DNA of 64,000 nucleotides, taken from Rebecca billardiae RCC1528. Its lineage: Eukaryota > Protista > Haptophyta. Location of the stretch: positions 868,001 to 932,000 of the forward strand of contig OZ251237.1 in assembly GCA_965240325.2 (NCBI GenBank), written 5' to 3'. The notes under the pieces are model-generated. The model was not told the DNA's origin. It saw only the letters and a list, made by a program, of their open reading frames with translations, and did no database searches. Positions 10,231-19,803 of the stretch are shown one piece after another. The position numbers were made by a program, and so were the translations under genes. Position 1 is the first letter of the stretch. Each line of letters opens with the position of its first letter.

Positions 10231-12687
10231 CTACGCGTGATCCATGAGCTGCGAGCCCTCGAGAGCAGCCGAGATCGTGCCGACGCCTGTGGCCTCCGCG
10301 GACGCGGCCTCCACGTCAGCACGCGTCACCGAGGCGCGCGTCGGCACGGCGGCGACGGCGATCTCGGTCGGCACGTCGCGGAAGCGCCCGGGCGCGTACG
10401 GCGCGAGCGGGCACACGCGCATTGCAGCCACCCACGCGACGGTCGCAGCCGCGGCGGCTGTCGCGAGCGCCCACCACCAGCCCGGGTTGAGCACGACAGT
10501 GCAGGTCGTGCCCATCGCCAGCAGCTGCATGGGGATGCCGATGCGCGGGAAGTCCAGGTACCTGTACCCGCCTGGGCCGTAGACCATCAGGTTGGTCTGG
10601 TAGCCCGTCGGCGTGATGAACGAGGCGGAGCCCGCCATCATCAGCGTGTGCACGAGCGGGCGCAGCGGCAGCGCGGCGGGCGCGGCCATGTGTGCCTGGA
10701 AGAGTACAGGGAACATGATGGCGACCGCCGCGTTGTTGGTGATGAGCTCGGTGAGCACGGCCGTCGTGGCGTACAGCATGATCACCACCGGAGCGAGCGA
10801 CACGCCCGTGCCAGCCGCCGCGCCCGCCGCCGGCCCCATCAGCAGCAGGTTGGCGACCAGGCTGGCCGCACCCGAGTTTGCCATCGCGGTGGAGACGCCG
10901 AACGCTGCGCCGATCACTAAGAAGATGTCAAGGCGGAACGCCTTGCGCGCGTCCTCGACGGAGAGGCAGCCAGCAGCGAGCATCGCGCCGGCGCACACGA
11001 GCGCGGCGGTGAAGAGGGCCACACCCGCGCCGCGCAGCGCGGCGGCGCTCGCCACCATCGCCACCGTCAGCGCGACCGCCACCGCCGCGCGCGACGAGCG
11101 CGCCGGAGAGTAGTGCTCGACGTCTGCGACGAGCGCGAACGCGGAGTCGTCGCGGTGGGCTTCGACGAAGGTCGGCGGGCACGCGAGGAGCAGCCCGTCG
11201 CCCGCGCGCAGCCGCAGCTTGCCCATGTTGAGGACCGTCGTCGTGCCGTCGCCGCGGCGCAGCACCGCGAGGATCGCCGCGCCGTACCGCTCGAAGAAGC
11301 GAAGCTCGGCGACCGTGCGCCCCGCGAGGTCGCCCGTCGCCCCGATCACCACCTCAGCGAGCCGTGTCTCGTCGACGAGGAGGAGGCGGCGCAGCCACGA
11401 CTGCGTCGAGTGCGCCGCGCCCGCGATCGCCGTCGCCGCCGCCGACGCGCCGCCCGCCCACTCGCTGCCCGCGCTGCTCAACGACGCGTCCGAGCGCAGC
11501 CGCCCAAAGCCAAACCCGAAGCCAAAGCCGGTGCCGGCGCCGTCGGCTATGCCGCTGCGATCTCCCAGCGCCGAGCGCGGCAGCGACACGGGCGAGGGCA
11601 TGCCTCCCGGGCTCGCCGGCCCCTGGAACGGCGGCGGCGGTGGCTGCAGGCGCGGCGACGCGGCGAGCACCACGCCCGCCTTCGCCGCCAGCGCCGTGTG
11701 CAGCAGCGAGCGGCGGTGGTGGTGCTCCACGAACCGCAGCCCACGCACCCGCAGAAGGTCAATCACCGCGTTGGCGATGCCGGAGAGGCAGAGCACGTCG
11801 CCCTCGCGCAGCGCGTCGCAGCCGCAGGGCGACGGATCCTCGACGATCTCGTCGCCGCGGATACGCCTGTACACCCGGATCCCCGGCATCGACGACAGCT
11901 CGGTGTCGGGCATGCACTTTCCGATGAAGTCCGAGCCGGGTGGAACGAAGACCACCACAGCGTACTCGCGCGGCCGGCCGCCTCCGCGCTTGCGTGCGCG
12001 CGCGGTCGCGTCGTCTGGCTGGCGCACGGGGAGCAGCGGGCCGGCCGTAAGCAGCAGGAAGAGCACCCCCACGAGAGCCGTAGGCAGGCCCACCGCGCCG
12101 ATCTCGAAGAAGCCCACGAGCAGCGGCTCGCCGAGCTCGCGCGTGGTCGCCTGCTCCGCCAGTGAAGCGACGACCAGGTTGGTCGATGTGCCGACGAGCG
12201 TGCACGTGCCGCCGAGCACGGCGGCGTACGAGAGCGGGATGAGCAGCTTGGACGGCGGCAGCTGGGCTCGTGCCGCCAGCTCGGTCACCACGGAGATCAG
12301 GATGCCAACGATCGGGGTGTTGTTTAGGAACGCCGACGTCGCGACGACCGCAGGCACGAAGCGCAGCAGAAGCTCGTGCACGGGCGTGCGGTCGACGGCG
12401 CCGCGGGAGAGGATGGCGCGGCGGATGGGCTCGAGCGCGCCCGTGCGCTCCAGCCCCGCCGTCACCGCGAAGAGCACCATGACCGTGAGCAGCCCGGGCT
12501 GCGCAAACCCAGCGGTCGCCTCGGGCACCGTCACGATCCCCGCGACGACAAACGTGACGAGCGCCGCCACCATCGCCATGTCCGGCTGGGCGAGCTCCGA
12601 GGCCATGAGAATGAGTGACACCAGCACGACGGAGAACGTGAACCAAGCTTGCCACGTCGTGCCGTCGCCATTGCCACCGGGCGTCAT
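10231..12687 (-). CDS. SLC13/CitMHS-type permease with TrkA-C domains (SLT/SAC1-like Na+/sulfate co-transporter)
   Basis: SAFLNNTPIV, SKLLIPLSYAAVLGGTCTLVGTSTNLVV, two TrkA-C regions, TELITNNAAV and TPTGYQTNLMVYGPGGYRYLDF. Start MTPGG at 12687. Confidence 0.92.
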   Translation of the reverse strand: MTPGGNGDGTTWQAWFTFSVVLVSLILMASELAQPDMAMVAALVTFVVAGIVTVPEATAGFAQPGLLTVMVLFAVTAGLERTGALEPIRRAILSRGAVDRTPVHELLLRFVPAVVATSAFLNNTPIVGILISVVTELAARAQLPPSKLLIPLSYAAVLGGTCTLVGTSTNLVVASLAEQATTRELGEPLLVGFFEIGAVGLPTALVGVLFLLLTAGPLLPVRQPDDATARARKRGGGRPREYAVVVFVPPGSDFIGKCMPDTELSSMPGIRVYRRIRGDEIVEDPSPCGCDALREGDVLCLSGIANAVIDLLRVRGLRFVEHHHRRSLLHTALAAKAGVVLAASPRLQPPPPPFQGPASPGGMPSPVSLPRSALGDRSGIADGAGTGFGFGFGFGRLRSDASLSSAGSEWAGGASAAATAIAGAAHSTQSWLRRLLLVDETRLAEVVIGATGDLAGRTVAELRFFERYGAAILAVLRRGDGTTTVLNMGKLRLRAGDGLLLACPPTFVEAHRDDSAFALVADVEHYSPARSSRAAVAVALTVAMVASAAALRGAGVALFTAALVCAGAMLAAGCLSVEDARKAFRLDIFLVIGAAFGVSTAMANSGAASLVANLLLMGPAAGAAAGTGVSLAPVVIMLYATTAVLTELITNNAAVAIMFPVLFQAHMAAPAALPLRPLVHTLMMAGSASFITPTGYQTNLMVYGPGGYRYLDFPRIGIPMQLLAMGTTCTVVLNPGWWWALATAAAAATVAWVAAMRVCPLAPYAPGRFRDVPTEIAVAAVPTRASVTRADVEAASAEATGVGTISAALEGSQLMDHA

Positions 12688-12756
12688 TGTCACCGCGTGT
12701 GCACGAGCGTTGCGGGGGTCCAAGTCGGTCCGCCGCCGCGCCGCCGCCGCCTTATA

Positions 12757-14272
12757 AAACTCTGCCCTGGCGGGCGGGGGGGTCGGCGGGCCGTGCCAGT
12801 GCTGTCGCAATATTTCCCCAGCGGGTTCGCGCCTTTTATTTAGCGGTTTGACGGGCAGGATGACGAATAACAATGCGACACACAGATGATGGTGAGCTTC
12901 CTGACTCACTGACGAATAATAACGCGACAGCATCTTACCTCCTGCCGCCAGCTGAGATCGTGTGTTGCGAGGATGCCGATGTCCGCTCCGGGCACGATGG
13001 GCTCGGCGAAGGTCGCGTCGGCGTCGTGCACGGCCGCCACGCTGCGCAACAACGCGTCCAGGTCCAAGCGCTCGTCGGCGCTCACCGCTTCGCGCGACAG
13101 GTCCGGCACCCGCACGTTCGGCGGTATCAGGAGCTGTCGGCGGTGCGCGCGCGCGCAGTGCGAGAGCGTGTGCCACTCGCGATCGAGGGTGGGCACGCGC
13201 TGCTCGAGCAGGCACAGGAAGCGCAGCGCATGTGCCACTGGCTTCACGACGTCGGCCTCGTCCCGCAGCGCTCGTGACAAGGTGGAGGATGGGGCGACAA
13301 TGTTGCACGCTCGGCGTTTCAGCTCGTGGCGGATGCGCCTCTGGGATCGGTCATACTGTAGCGCTGTGCGACGAGGGCCGCCGACTCGCCAAGACGCGGT
13401 TCCTGCCACGGCGACAGACACGGCAGCTGCGTTCGCTGCGCCTCGTACGCCGCTTTGCGCTGCGCCTCCGTCGCATTGGTCACCGTCGACGCCATGCTGA
13501 AGGCCGGACGTGGGCTTTCGGCTGTGAGGGACCGCGAGCGCCGAGCGATCTTTGGTCGCGATCGCGAAAGATGATCGCCGGGACAAGGGCCGGCCCTTCG
13601 GCTTGGCCGGGAACTGGTACAGCTGTAGCAAACGGATTTGCATGCGCCCGGCTTTGAGAAGTTGTGGCACGCGACAGTCCGGTGCGCCGTTTCCGGCGAG
13701 CGAGTTCAGAAGGCCGCGCCAAAGCTTGCGTCGCGTGCGATGGCGCTTCCCGCCCGCGAGACACCTCGTGATGAGGGCCTTTCCGCACCGAGGCCGACGC
13801 GCGACGGTGGATCGCGCGAGGTGGTTGTCGTGCGCAGCGCTTGATGCTATGGCTCGTGCGAGCGCTCAACGTGCAAGTCGGGCGAGGACCGCCCCAGGTC
13901 GCACGATCGTGTCGACGCGTCGAGCGTGCCTCCAAACGCGTCGACTTTGGCCCCCGTTCGACCTGCACGCGAGACGACGAGGGCAGCAATCGCGAATCGG
14001 GCGAAAACACCGTTCGGGAATCCCCTCACGATGTCCGCGCGGGCGTTGGATTTGGCGCGCGCCGCCCACGCGCTCCGCGCCATGGCCAAGATGGTTTTCG
14101 GCCGAGCGTCCCCAGTGGGAGCTGCGAGGGCGCCCGGTAGTGAGCGAAGCGACCCGGCACTGGCAGTGAGCGAGGCGATTTTCTTTTCTTTGCGAGGCGA
14201 TTTTCTTTTTTCATTTTCTTTTTCTTATCTTTTTCCCGGGCACTACAAGGGGCGGACCTACGGCCCGCCATA
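12757..14272. repeat. Dispersed ~1.5 kb repeat, copy 2
   Basis: Paralogous to 7886-9534; both encode the minus-strand peptide RALRDEADVVKPVAHALRF.CLLEQ.VPTLDREWHTLSHCARAH. Confidence 0.9.
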
Positions 14273-14367
14273 TTGTAGCCCCGAATCTATCACTACTGTA
14301 GTGGGTACCTATCCGCATACTGACGACGATGAATGCCCATGACGACTACGCGTAGTCACGGCCGCAG

Positions 14368-15324
14368 TCATGCGAGTCCGATGGTCTGTGTCCCGTCGCC
14401 GCCGCCGTCGGACCTGGCGCCGTCCGAGCTCGCGAGCGGCTCGGAGCTCGCGGCGCCGTCGGGCTTGGGCTCAGGCTGCGGTGACTTGAACAGCTTCTGC
14501 GCGTGCAGGCGCTGATAGACGCGGTGTTTTCCCAGCCCGTACTCCTTGAGCACGCGCATCGAGTGCTTGATGTCGGGCAAGCGCATGTCGAGCGCGACCT
14601 CCTCGATGCGGGGCAGCAGCGCGCGCAACAGCGCGTGCTGCTTAGGCTTGCCCAGCTCGCGAGCCAGCCGCAGCGCGGTCGCGACCTCCGAGGCGGAGAA
14701 GCGGCGGGCGTGCTCGACGCCCATCGCGATCATCGCCTCCGCCAGCTCGTCGCGCTCGGGTGACTCGATGAGCGCTCGCGTCACCGACAGGATCATCGCC
14801 ACCTCCTTGGGCGTGAGGACCTTGTGCTCGCGCAGCGCGTTTCTGCACAGCGACTGCTGCAGCTCGGCATGCGCCGGCGCGATCAGCGGCGTGGCCGTGA
14901 GGAGCATGGCCAGCTCGTGCGACCTGAACTTGCCGCGCTTCTTCATCGCGGCGGCGCGCAGCACCGCGTGCAGCTCGGTGTCCTCCAGCTTGATGAACGC
15001 TGTGCCCATCCAGCACGAGGCCACGCTCGGCGCGCGCCACGACTGCGCACGCTTGATCTCGGTGATCAGCTCGTGCATGCGCGGGTGTGCCTCAAGCACC
15101 TCGCGCGCGGGCGTGCCTCGCAAGTGGCGGCAGGCGTGGAAGTACGCCGCCGCCACGTCACAATCCTGCCACACGCCACGGTACTGCGTGTAGAGATCCA
15201 GGACACCCTCTGGCCCCAAGCACTTGCCAAACATCGGCCGACGCAGCCTGACGACGTCGGCAGACGAGTGTGCGCGCGCCATGTCGGCGCGCCAGAGCGT
15301 TGGGACGGCGCGTCGGGCCAGCAT
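14368..15324 (-). CDS. Putative mitochondrial helical-repeat (OPR/FASTK-like) RNA-binding protein
   Basis: Arg-rich presequence MLARRAVPTLWR and degenerate ~36-38 aa repeats (FRSHELAMLL, LTPKEVAMIL, FSASEVATAL). The family assignment is an inference. Confidence 0.5.
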   Translation of the reverse strand: MLARRAVPTLWRADMARAHSSADVVRLRRPMFGKCLGPEGVLDLYTQYRGVWQDCDVAAAYFHACRHLRGTPAREVLEAHPRMHELITEIKRAQSWRAPSVASCWMGTAFIKLEDTELHAVLRAAAMKKRGKFRSHELAMLLTATPLIAPAHAELQQSLCRNALREHKVLTPKEVAMILSVTRALIESPERDELAEAMIAMGVEHARRFSASEVATALRLARELGKPKQHALLRALLPRIEEVALDMRLPDIKHSMRVLKEYGLGKHRVYQRLHAQKLFKSPQPEPKPDGAASSEPLASSDGARSDGGGDGTQTIGLA

Positions 15325-15494
15325 CGTGCCTCGCCGTCGCGGACTCTCACAACGCGCTGCCAGGCGCCGCCCGTGGCGGCCCTGCTGCTGTGAGCGAGAG
15401 CGTGCGTCCGCGTCCGGAAGCGATGCACGTGGCCGGCCGCCCGGCCCCAGAACGCCGCGGCTGCCAGCCTGCCACGGCCGTCCCTGAAGCAAGC

Positions 15495-15992
15495 ATGGCG
15501 ACCGTCGGCGCGCGCATGCTTGGGCTCCTCGGACGGCGAGGTGGCGGACCGCTGACAGCCGCCGCCGCTCGGCCCAGCGCGGGCGCCCTGCGTCTCACAG
15601 GGGTGCGCACGGTCACCACCGACCTCCCGCAGCACGTGTACACGAAGGCGGCGGGCCGCACGCTCGAGCACTTGCAGGAGACCATGGAGCAGTACGTCGA
15701 CAGCAACGAGAACGACGGCTCGGACGTCGACTTCTCCGGCGACGTGCTCACGCTGTCGCTGGCGGAGGGCACGTTCGTTCTCAACAAGCAGTCGCCAAAC
15801 AAGCAGATCTGGCTGAGCTCCCCCATCAGCGGACCTGTGCGGTACGACCTCGACCTGGACCGGAAGGACTGGCTGAGCACGCGTGACGGGAGGTCGCTGG
15901 GCGCAATGCTCGAGCACGACATCTCCGCTCTGACCGGGAAGCCCATCGCGTTCTCCATTGCCGACGCCCTTGAGACGGCCGAGGTGTCGTGA
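15495..15992 (+). CDS. FXN: Frataxin (CyaY), mitochondrial
   Basis: DVDFSGDVLTLSLAEGTFVLNKQSPNKQIWLSSPISGPVRYD, preceded by a presequence. Confidence 0.95.
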   Translation: MATVGARMLGLLGRRGGGPLTAAAARPSAGALRLTGVRTVTTDLPQHVYTKAAGRTLEHLQETMEQYVDSNENDGSDVDFSGDVLTLSLAEGTFVLNKQSPNKQIWLSSPISGPVRYDLDLDRKDWLSTRDGRSLGAMLEHDISALTGKPIAFSIADALETAEVS

Positions 15993-16326
15993 TCACGACC
16001 GGCGAGGTGCACTCGACAGCGCTGCGTCACTTGACAGCGCTGTCAGAGGCCGAGCGGGAGGGCGTGGAAGTGTGGAAGTGGAACGGTCCGAATAGATTTG
16101 AAAAAGTTATATGAGTCTGAGACTGCACCGCCCACATCACACATTCCGTATTCTACTGAATGGTGCTACTGATGCCGAGCGCGCGCCTCCGAGCGCGGGG
16201 CGGCCGCTACTTGTAACTTGCTGTGCAATGGCCGCCTCGAGCCAGTCGAGGCTCGATGAGGTGCGGCAACGCGCCCCTCACCTGCCTGCGCCGGTCTGTT
16301 TTGTGGCGGTGTCTTTGTGCAGCACT

Positions 16327-16397
16327 TGTTGGATGGCGTCAATCACGCCTTAACCAAGTGTGCACGTTATGAAACACAGTCGTATTAATAAACTGTA
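16327..16397 (-). repeat. Short TACAGTTTA-capped intergenic element, subfamily B
   Basis: 16327-16365 is the exact reverse complement of 60850-60888; the element ends in taaactgta. Confidence 0.8.
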
Positions 16398-16976
16398 GCT
16401 GCTTAGCTAGCTACACGGTCACGTAGTACGGTAGTAGAGTAGTATGATACGATATTGTTGTACACTTGTACCCACCCATTCACATTGTACCGCTACACCC
16501 ACATCACCGGGTACTGGCGACTGCTCGTGAGCTCGTCGTACCCCATCAACCACGGCCATAAAGACTGGCCGCGGATGGACCTCAGGATGGAGGCCGTTTT
16601 GAACGCGCTCGCGCGCGGCGAGGCCGCGAGGTGAAGCGTGCAGGGGCCTTCGGCGCTTGTGGGCCCCTCGAGGGCGTCAAGATGGACCGCGCCCAAGCGG
16701 ATGTCGCCCCCTGGAGCGGCCTCTCCGCGCCGTGCGAGGCCGCGGCGCGCGGGCGGTACACGACCTCCTGTCTGACGCCCGAAGGTACGAGTGGTCGGCT
16801 CCCACTGCGCCTGCCAGCGGGCGAAGTCAGCGGCAGAGCAGCCGGGAGCGTCGCCATTTCCGCAAACCCAGCAAAATGTTTATTTTCGTGTAGTTTTGCG
16901 GCCAACGACCACTCGTACCTCGGGCTGTCAGAAAAAGCTACTCCGTATGGGAGCGTCGCCACATCGGCCAGTCTTT

Positions 16977-18566
16977 ATGGCGGGCCCGGGCGCGCGGTCG
17001 GTCGCACTATGTGCTCGCGCACGTCGTGCTGCGCAGTCATGGCTTGTCCCAGTTGTGGCGATTGCTATGTGCGCTGCCACGGTAGCAGCGGAGCCAAGTG
17101 GCGATGAGCCTTCGACTTCGTGCATGCGCGATCACTCAGCGCAGGCACCCGAGACACGCTTGCACGGCCCGTTGAGCCACCGGCCGCGCACGTACGCAGG
17201 CGTCGGCATCCCGCGCGTCATCCACCAGGTGGCGGTGCACACCTCATTGGCAACGGAAAACACCGAGCAGCTCACGCGCAGGTCGGCGACGTGGCCCGCG
17301 CTGATGCCCGACACCACGTATGCCATGTGGAACAACTCCGCCGTGCGCGCTCTGATAGCCGAGTGCGTGCCGGGCCTGCTGCCGACATATGACGGCTACG
17401 CGCTGGACATCTATCGCGCCGACGCCGCGCGGTACGTGATCCTGCTGTGCGTCGGCGGCGTGTACGCTGACCGCGACATGGCTCTGCTCCGCCCGCTCCC
17501 CGATGCGTGGTTTGAGAATCCAGCCGTGCGGCTGCTGCTGTCGTCGTCGTCTGAACAGTTCCGGTGGGTCTCACAGGCATTCGCGGCCTCGGAGCCGCGA
17601 CACCCGTTCTGGCAGCTGGTCGTCGACGGTTTGGCGAATACCGCGGGCTGGTGGGACGTGATGGAGGTCGCGGGGCCGCACTTCTTCCAGAGGGCGATGC
17701 AGCTCGCTGCGTGCCTGCGCATGCGTTACACGCACCTGCGCGGCGGCGTCGTGCAGTCGCGGCTTGGCGCCTGTGCGCCGGAGCGCGGGGGAGTGCCCGC
17801 TGCAGCACGGGCGGAGAGCGTCGACGGTGGCCAGCTCTACGCGTGCCACACGCCGTTGGCCTCGTGGAGCACGCAGCCCTACGACTTCATTGTCGAGCAG
17901 CGCTGCCCCACGCCGGCTCCTCGACGTGCTGCCGCGGCTGCAGAGGCGTTCTGCTCGGTGGAGGACCTGGTGCAGGTACCAACCAACCCTGTGCGCCTGG
18001 AGAAACTGATCGCCAACGAGCTGGACGCACGCGCTGCCCGGGACACCGCACGGCCCACCACCCCATCATGGGCCGCGGCCGCCCGGCGGTGCCTGAGCGG
18101 CTGCTTCGACCGGCTCAACGTGAGTGGACCGCCTGCACTTGCGCCTGGTGTGGTCGACCTGGCGGCCGGCAAGCTGGCACGGAGACGGATGCGGAAGCGC
18201 AAGAAGCTTGGCCAGCACGTCGCGCTCGGGGCTGGTGAGCAGACTGGGGCGACGGTGGCGCAGGTCGGCAGCGCGCGGCTGCGCGCACAGTTTGGTGCCG
18301 CGATGCTGGAGCGTGCCCAGCGCTGCTCGGGCACGCTCCAGGATCGTGCCCAGCCATGGCGCTTGGACGTGCGCAAGGGCCCCGACCGCCTGTTCCAGGG
18401 GGACGCCACCCCGTTCGGCGAGGCTGGCGGGGACGAGTGGGGGTGGCACGTGCAGATGTCCTGTGCCGCGCCTGAGGCCCCGGTTACGGTGCCGCCGGTG
18501 AGCCGGACCGTGAGGACTCTTGTCGGTCATCATCTGTCGGCGCATCAGCCGACTACAGATCAATAA
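16977..18566 (+). CDS. Glycosyltransferase family 32 (DXD, OCH1/SUR1-like) with unknown C-terminal extension
   Basis: IPRVIHQ, YRADAARYVIL..VGGVYADRD, AASEPRHPFW and AGPHF; hydrophobic signal/anchor. The start position is uncertain. Confidence 0.85.
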   Translation: MAGPGARSVALCARARRAAQSWLVPVVAIAMCAATVAAEPSGDEPSTSCMRDHSAQAPETRLHGPLSHRPRTYAGVGIPRVIHQVAVHTSLATENTEQLTRRSATWPALMPDTTYAMWNNSAVRALIAECVPGLLPTYDGYALDIYRADAARYVILLCVGGVYADRDMALLRPLPDAWFENPAVRLLLSSSSEQFRWVSQAFAASEPRHPFWQLVVDGLANTAGWWDVMEVAGPHFFQRAMQLAACLRMRYTHLRGGVVQSRLGACAPERGGVPAAARAESVDGGQLYACHTPLASWSTQPYDFIVEQRCPTPAPRRAAAAAEAFCSVEDLVQVPTNPVRLEKLIANELDARAARDTARPTTPSWAAAARRCLSGCFDRLNVSGPPALAPGVVDLAAGKLARRRMRKRKKLGQHVALGAGEQTGATVAQVGSARLRAQFGAAMLERAQRCSGTLQDRAQPWRLDVRKGPDRLFQGDATPFGEAGGDEWGWHVQMSCAAPEAPVTVPPVSRTVRTLVGHHLSAHQPTTDQ

Positions 18567-18617
18567 TGGCGCAGTATGTTAGTACACTCGCGGCGAGTCA
18601 GTTACTGCTTGCATGCA

Positions 18618-19643
18618 TCAAATGATCCAGCCGTCCTTGTCAATCTCGACGGTGAGCGCCACGCGCGGGAAGAGCGCTCGCACGTCCTCCAGCACAGCTG
18701 CCTCGTGCGCATCGTGTCGCACGCGGACACACAGCGAGCCGACGCACAGATCGGGCGCGACCGCCCAGAAGTGCGCCTCGCGCACCTCCAGCACCGCCTC
18801 CTGCGTGAGCACCTCCCGCACCGCGCGCATCAGCCCCTCGTGCGGCACCGTCTGCAGCAGCACGCGCGCGCTCTCGACAAGTGGCGCGTGCGCGTGCAGG
18901 AGGAAGCCGCCTGCTGCGCCGAGCGCGCCGAGTGTGTCCAGCCATCGCCAGCCGAGGACGCGCAGCAGGACGGTGTGCATGGCCGCGACGCCGCACGCCA
19001 GCATAGCCGCCTCGCGCGCCGCATCGAGCCCGGGCATGGTGTTATGCACGTGCTGCCCCTTCACACGGCGCGATCCGAGAAGGGAGAGAAGTGCTGGCTG
19101 GATGCCAAAAGCTCGAGCCTGCGCCCCCAGCACGAGCAGCTGCGCGATGACGACGAGGGGCGCGGCGCCCAAGCGCGGCCCGCCAAGGGAATCACGGTCG
19201 ACCACGCGCTCGATCGCCTCGACGCCCAGCATGCACGCCGCGGCACCCGCGATGAGCAGCACGCAAAAGTCCACGAGCACACACAGCCGGTGGAACCCAA
19301 ACGGAAACAGCGGCGACGCAGGCAGCGTGTCGCACTTCGCTGAGCTGAGCTCGTGGAGGATGCAGAGGGCGGCGAATGCGCTCATGTATGCGCTCGTGGC
19401 GGCCGTCAGCCAGCCTGCCCACCATGCGACCGCGAATTGCAGAGTAGCCCCGATAGCGATGAGCGCGCCATCCATGCCACGCCGGCGCGCAGCATCATCT
19501 GACGCCAGCGCCGCGTGCAGCATGCCGACCCACTCGATCGGCGGCGGCGGCGCAGATTGCGCAGCCGCCTGTGCGAGCGCCCCCGTTGAGCGCACCGGCC
19601 GGCTCGGTGCGCACTCGAGCGCGAAGGGGCCCGGGCTGTCCAT
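18618..19643 (-). CDS. Cation diffusion facilitator (ZnT5/6/7- or MTP5-like) transporter
   Basis: FPFGFHRL..LVDF and multiple TM helices, then the C-terminal domain RVLLQTVP...VLEVREAHFWAVAPDLCVGSLCVRV...LTVEIDKD. Confidence 0.8.
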   Translation of the reverse strand: MDSPGPFALECAPSRPVRSTGALAQAAAQSAPPPPIEWVGMLHAALASDDAARRRGMDGALIAIGATLQFAVAWWAGWLTAATSAYMSAFAALCILHELSSAKCDTLPASPLFPFGFHRLCVLVDFCVLLIAGAAACMLGVEAIERVVDRDSLGGPRLGAAPLVVIAQLLVLGAQARAFGIQPALLSLLGSRRVKGQHVHNTMPGLDAAREAAMLACGVAAMHTVLLRVLGWRWLDTLGALGAAGGFLLHAHAPLVESARVLLQTVPHEGLMRAVREVLTQEAVLEVREAHFWAVAPDLCVGSLCVRVRHDAHEAAVLEDVRALFPRVALTVEIDKDGWII

Positions 19644-19803
19644 AGCTTAAGTCAGCGCTGCGACGCCATGCTGACGCAGCCTCTCGGCAGCAAAGTTCGG
19701 CGCTGCTGGCGAGCGCGGCGGGCCGCCCGAATCAAGCGTGCGTGCGCAAGCGCCAGCCCTGCAACTCGCCCCCAGCGGGCCGGCGAACGACAGGTCGACA
19801 GCG

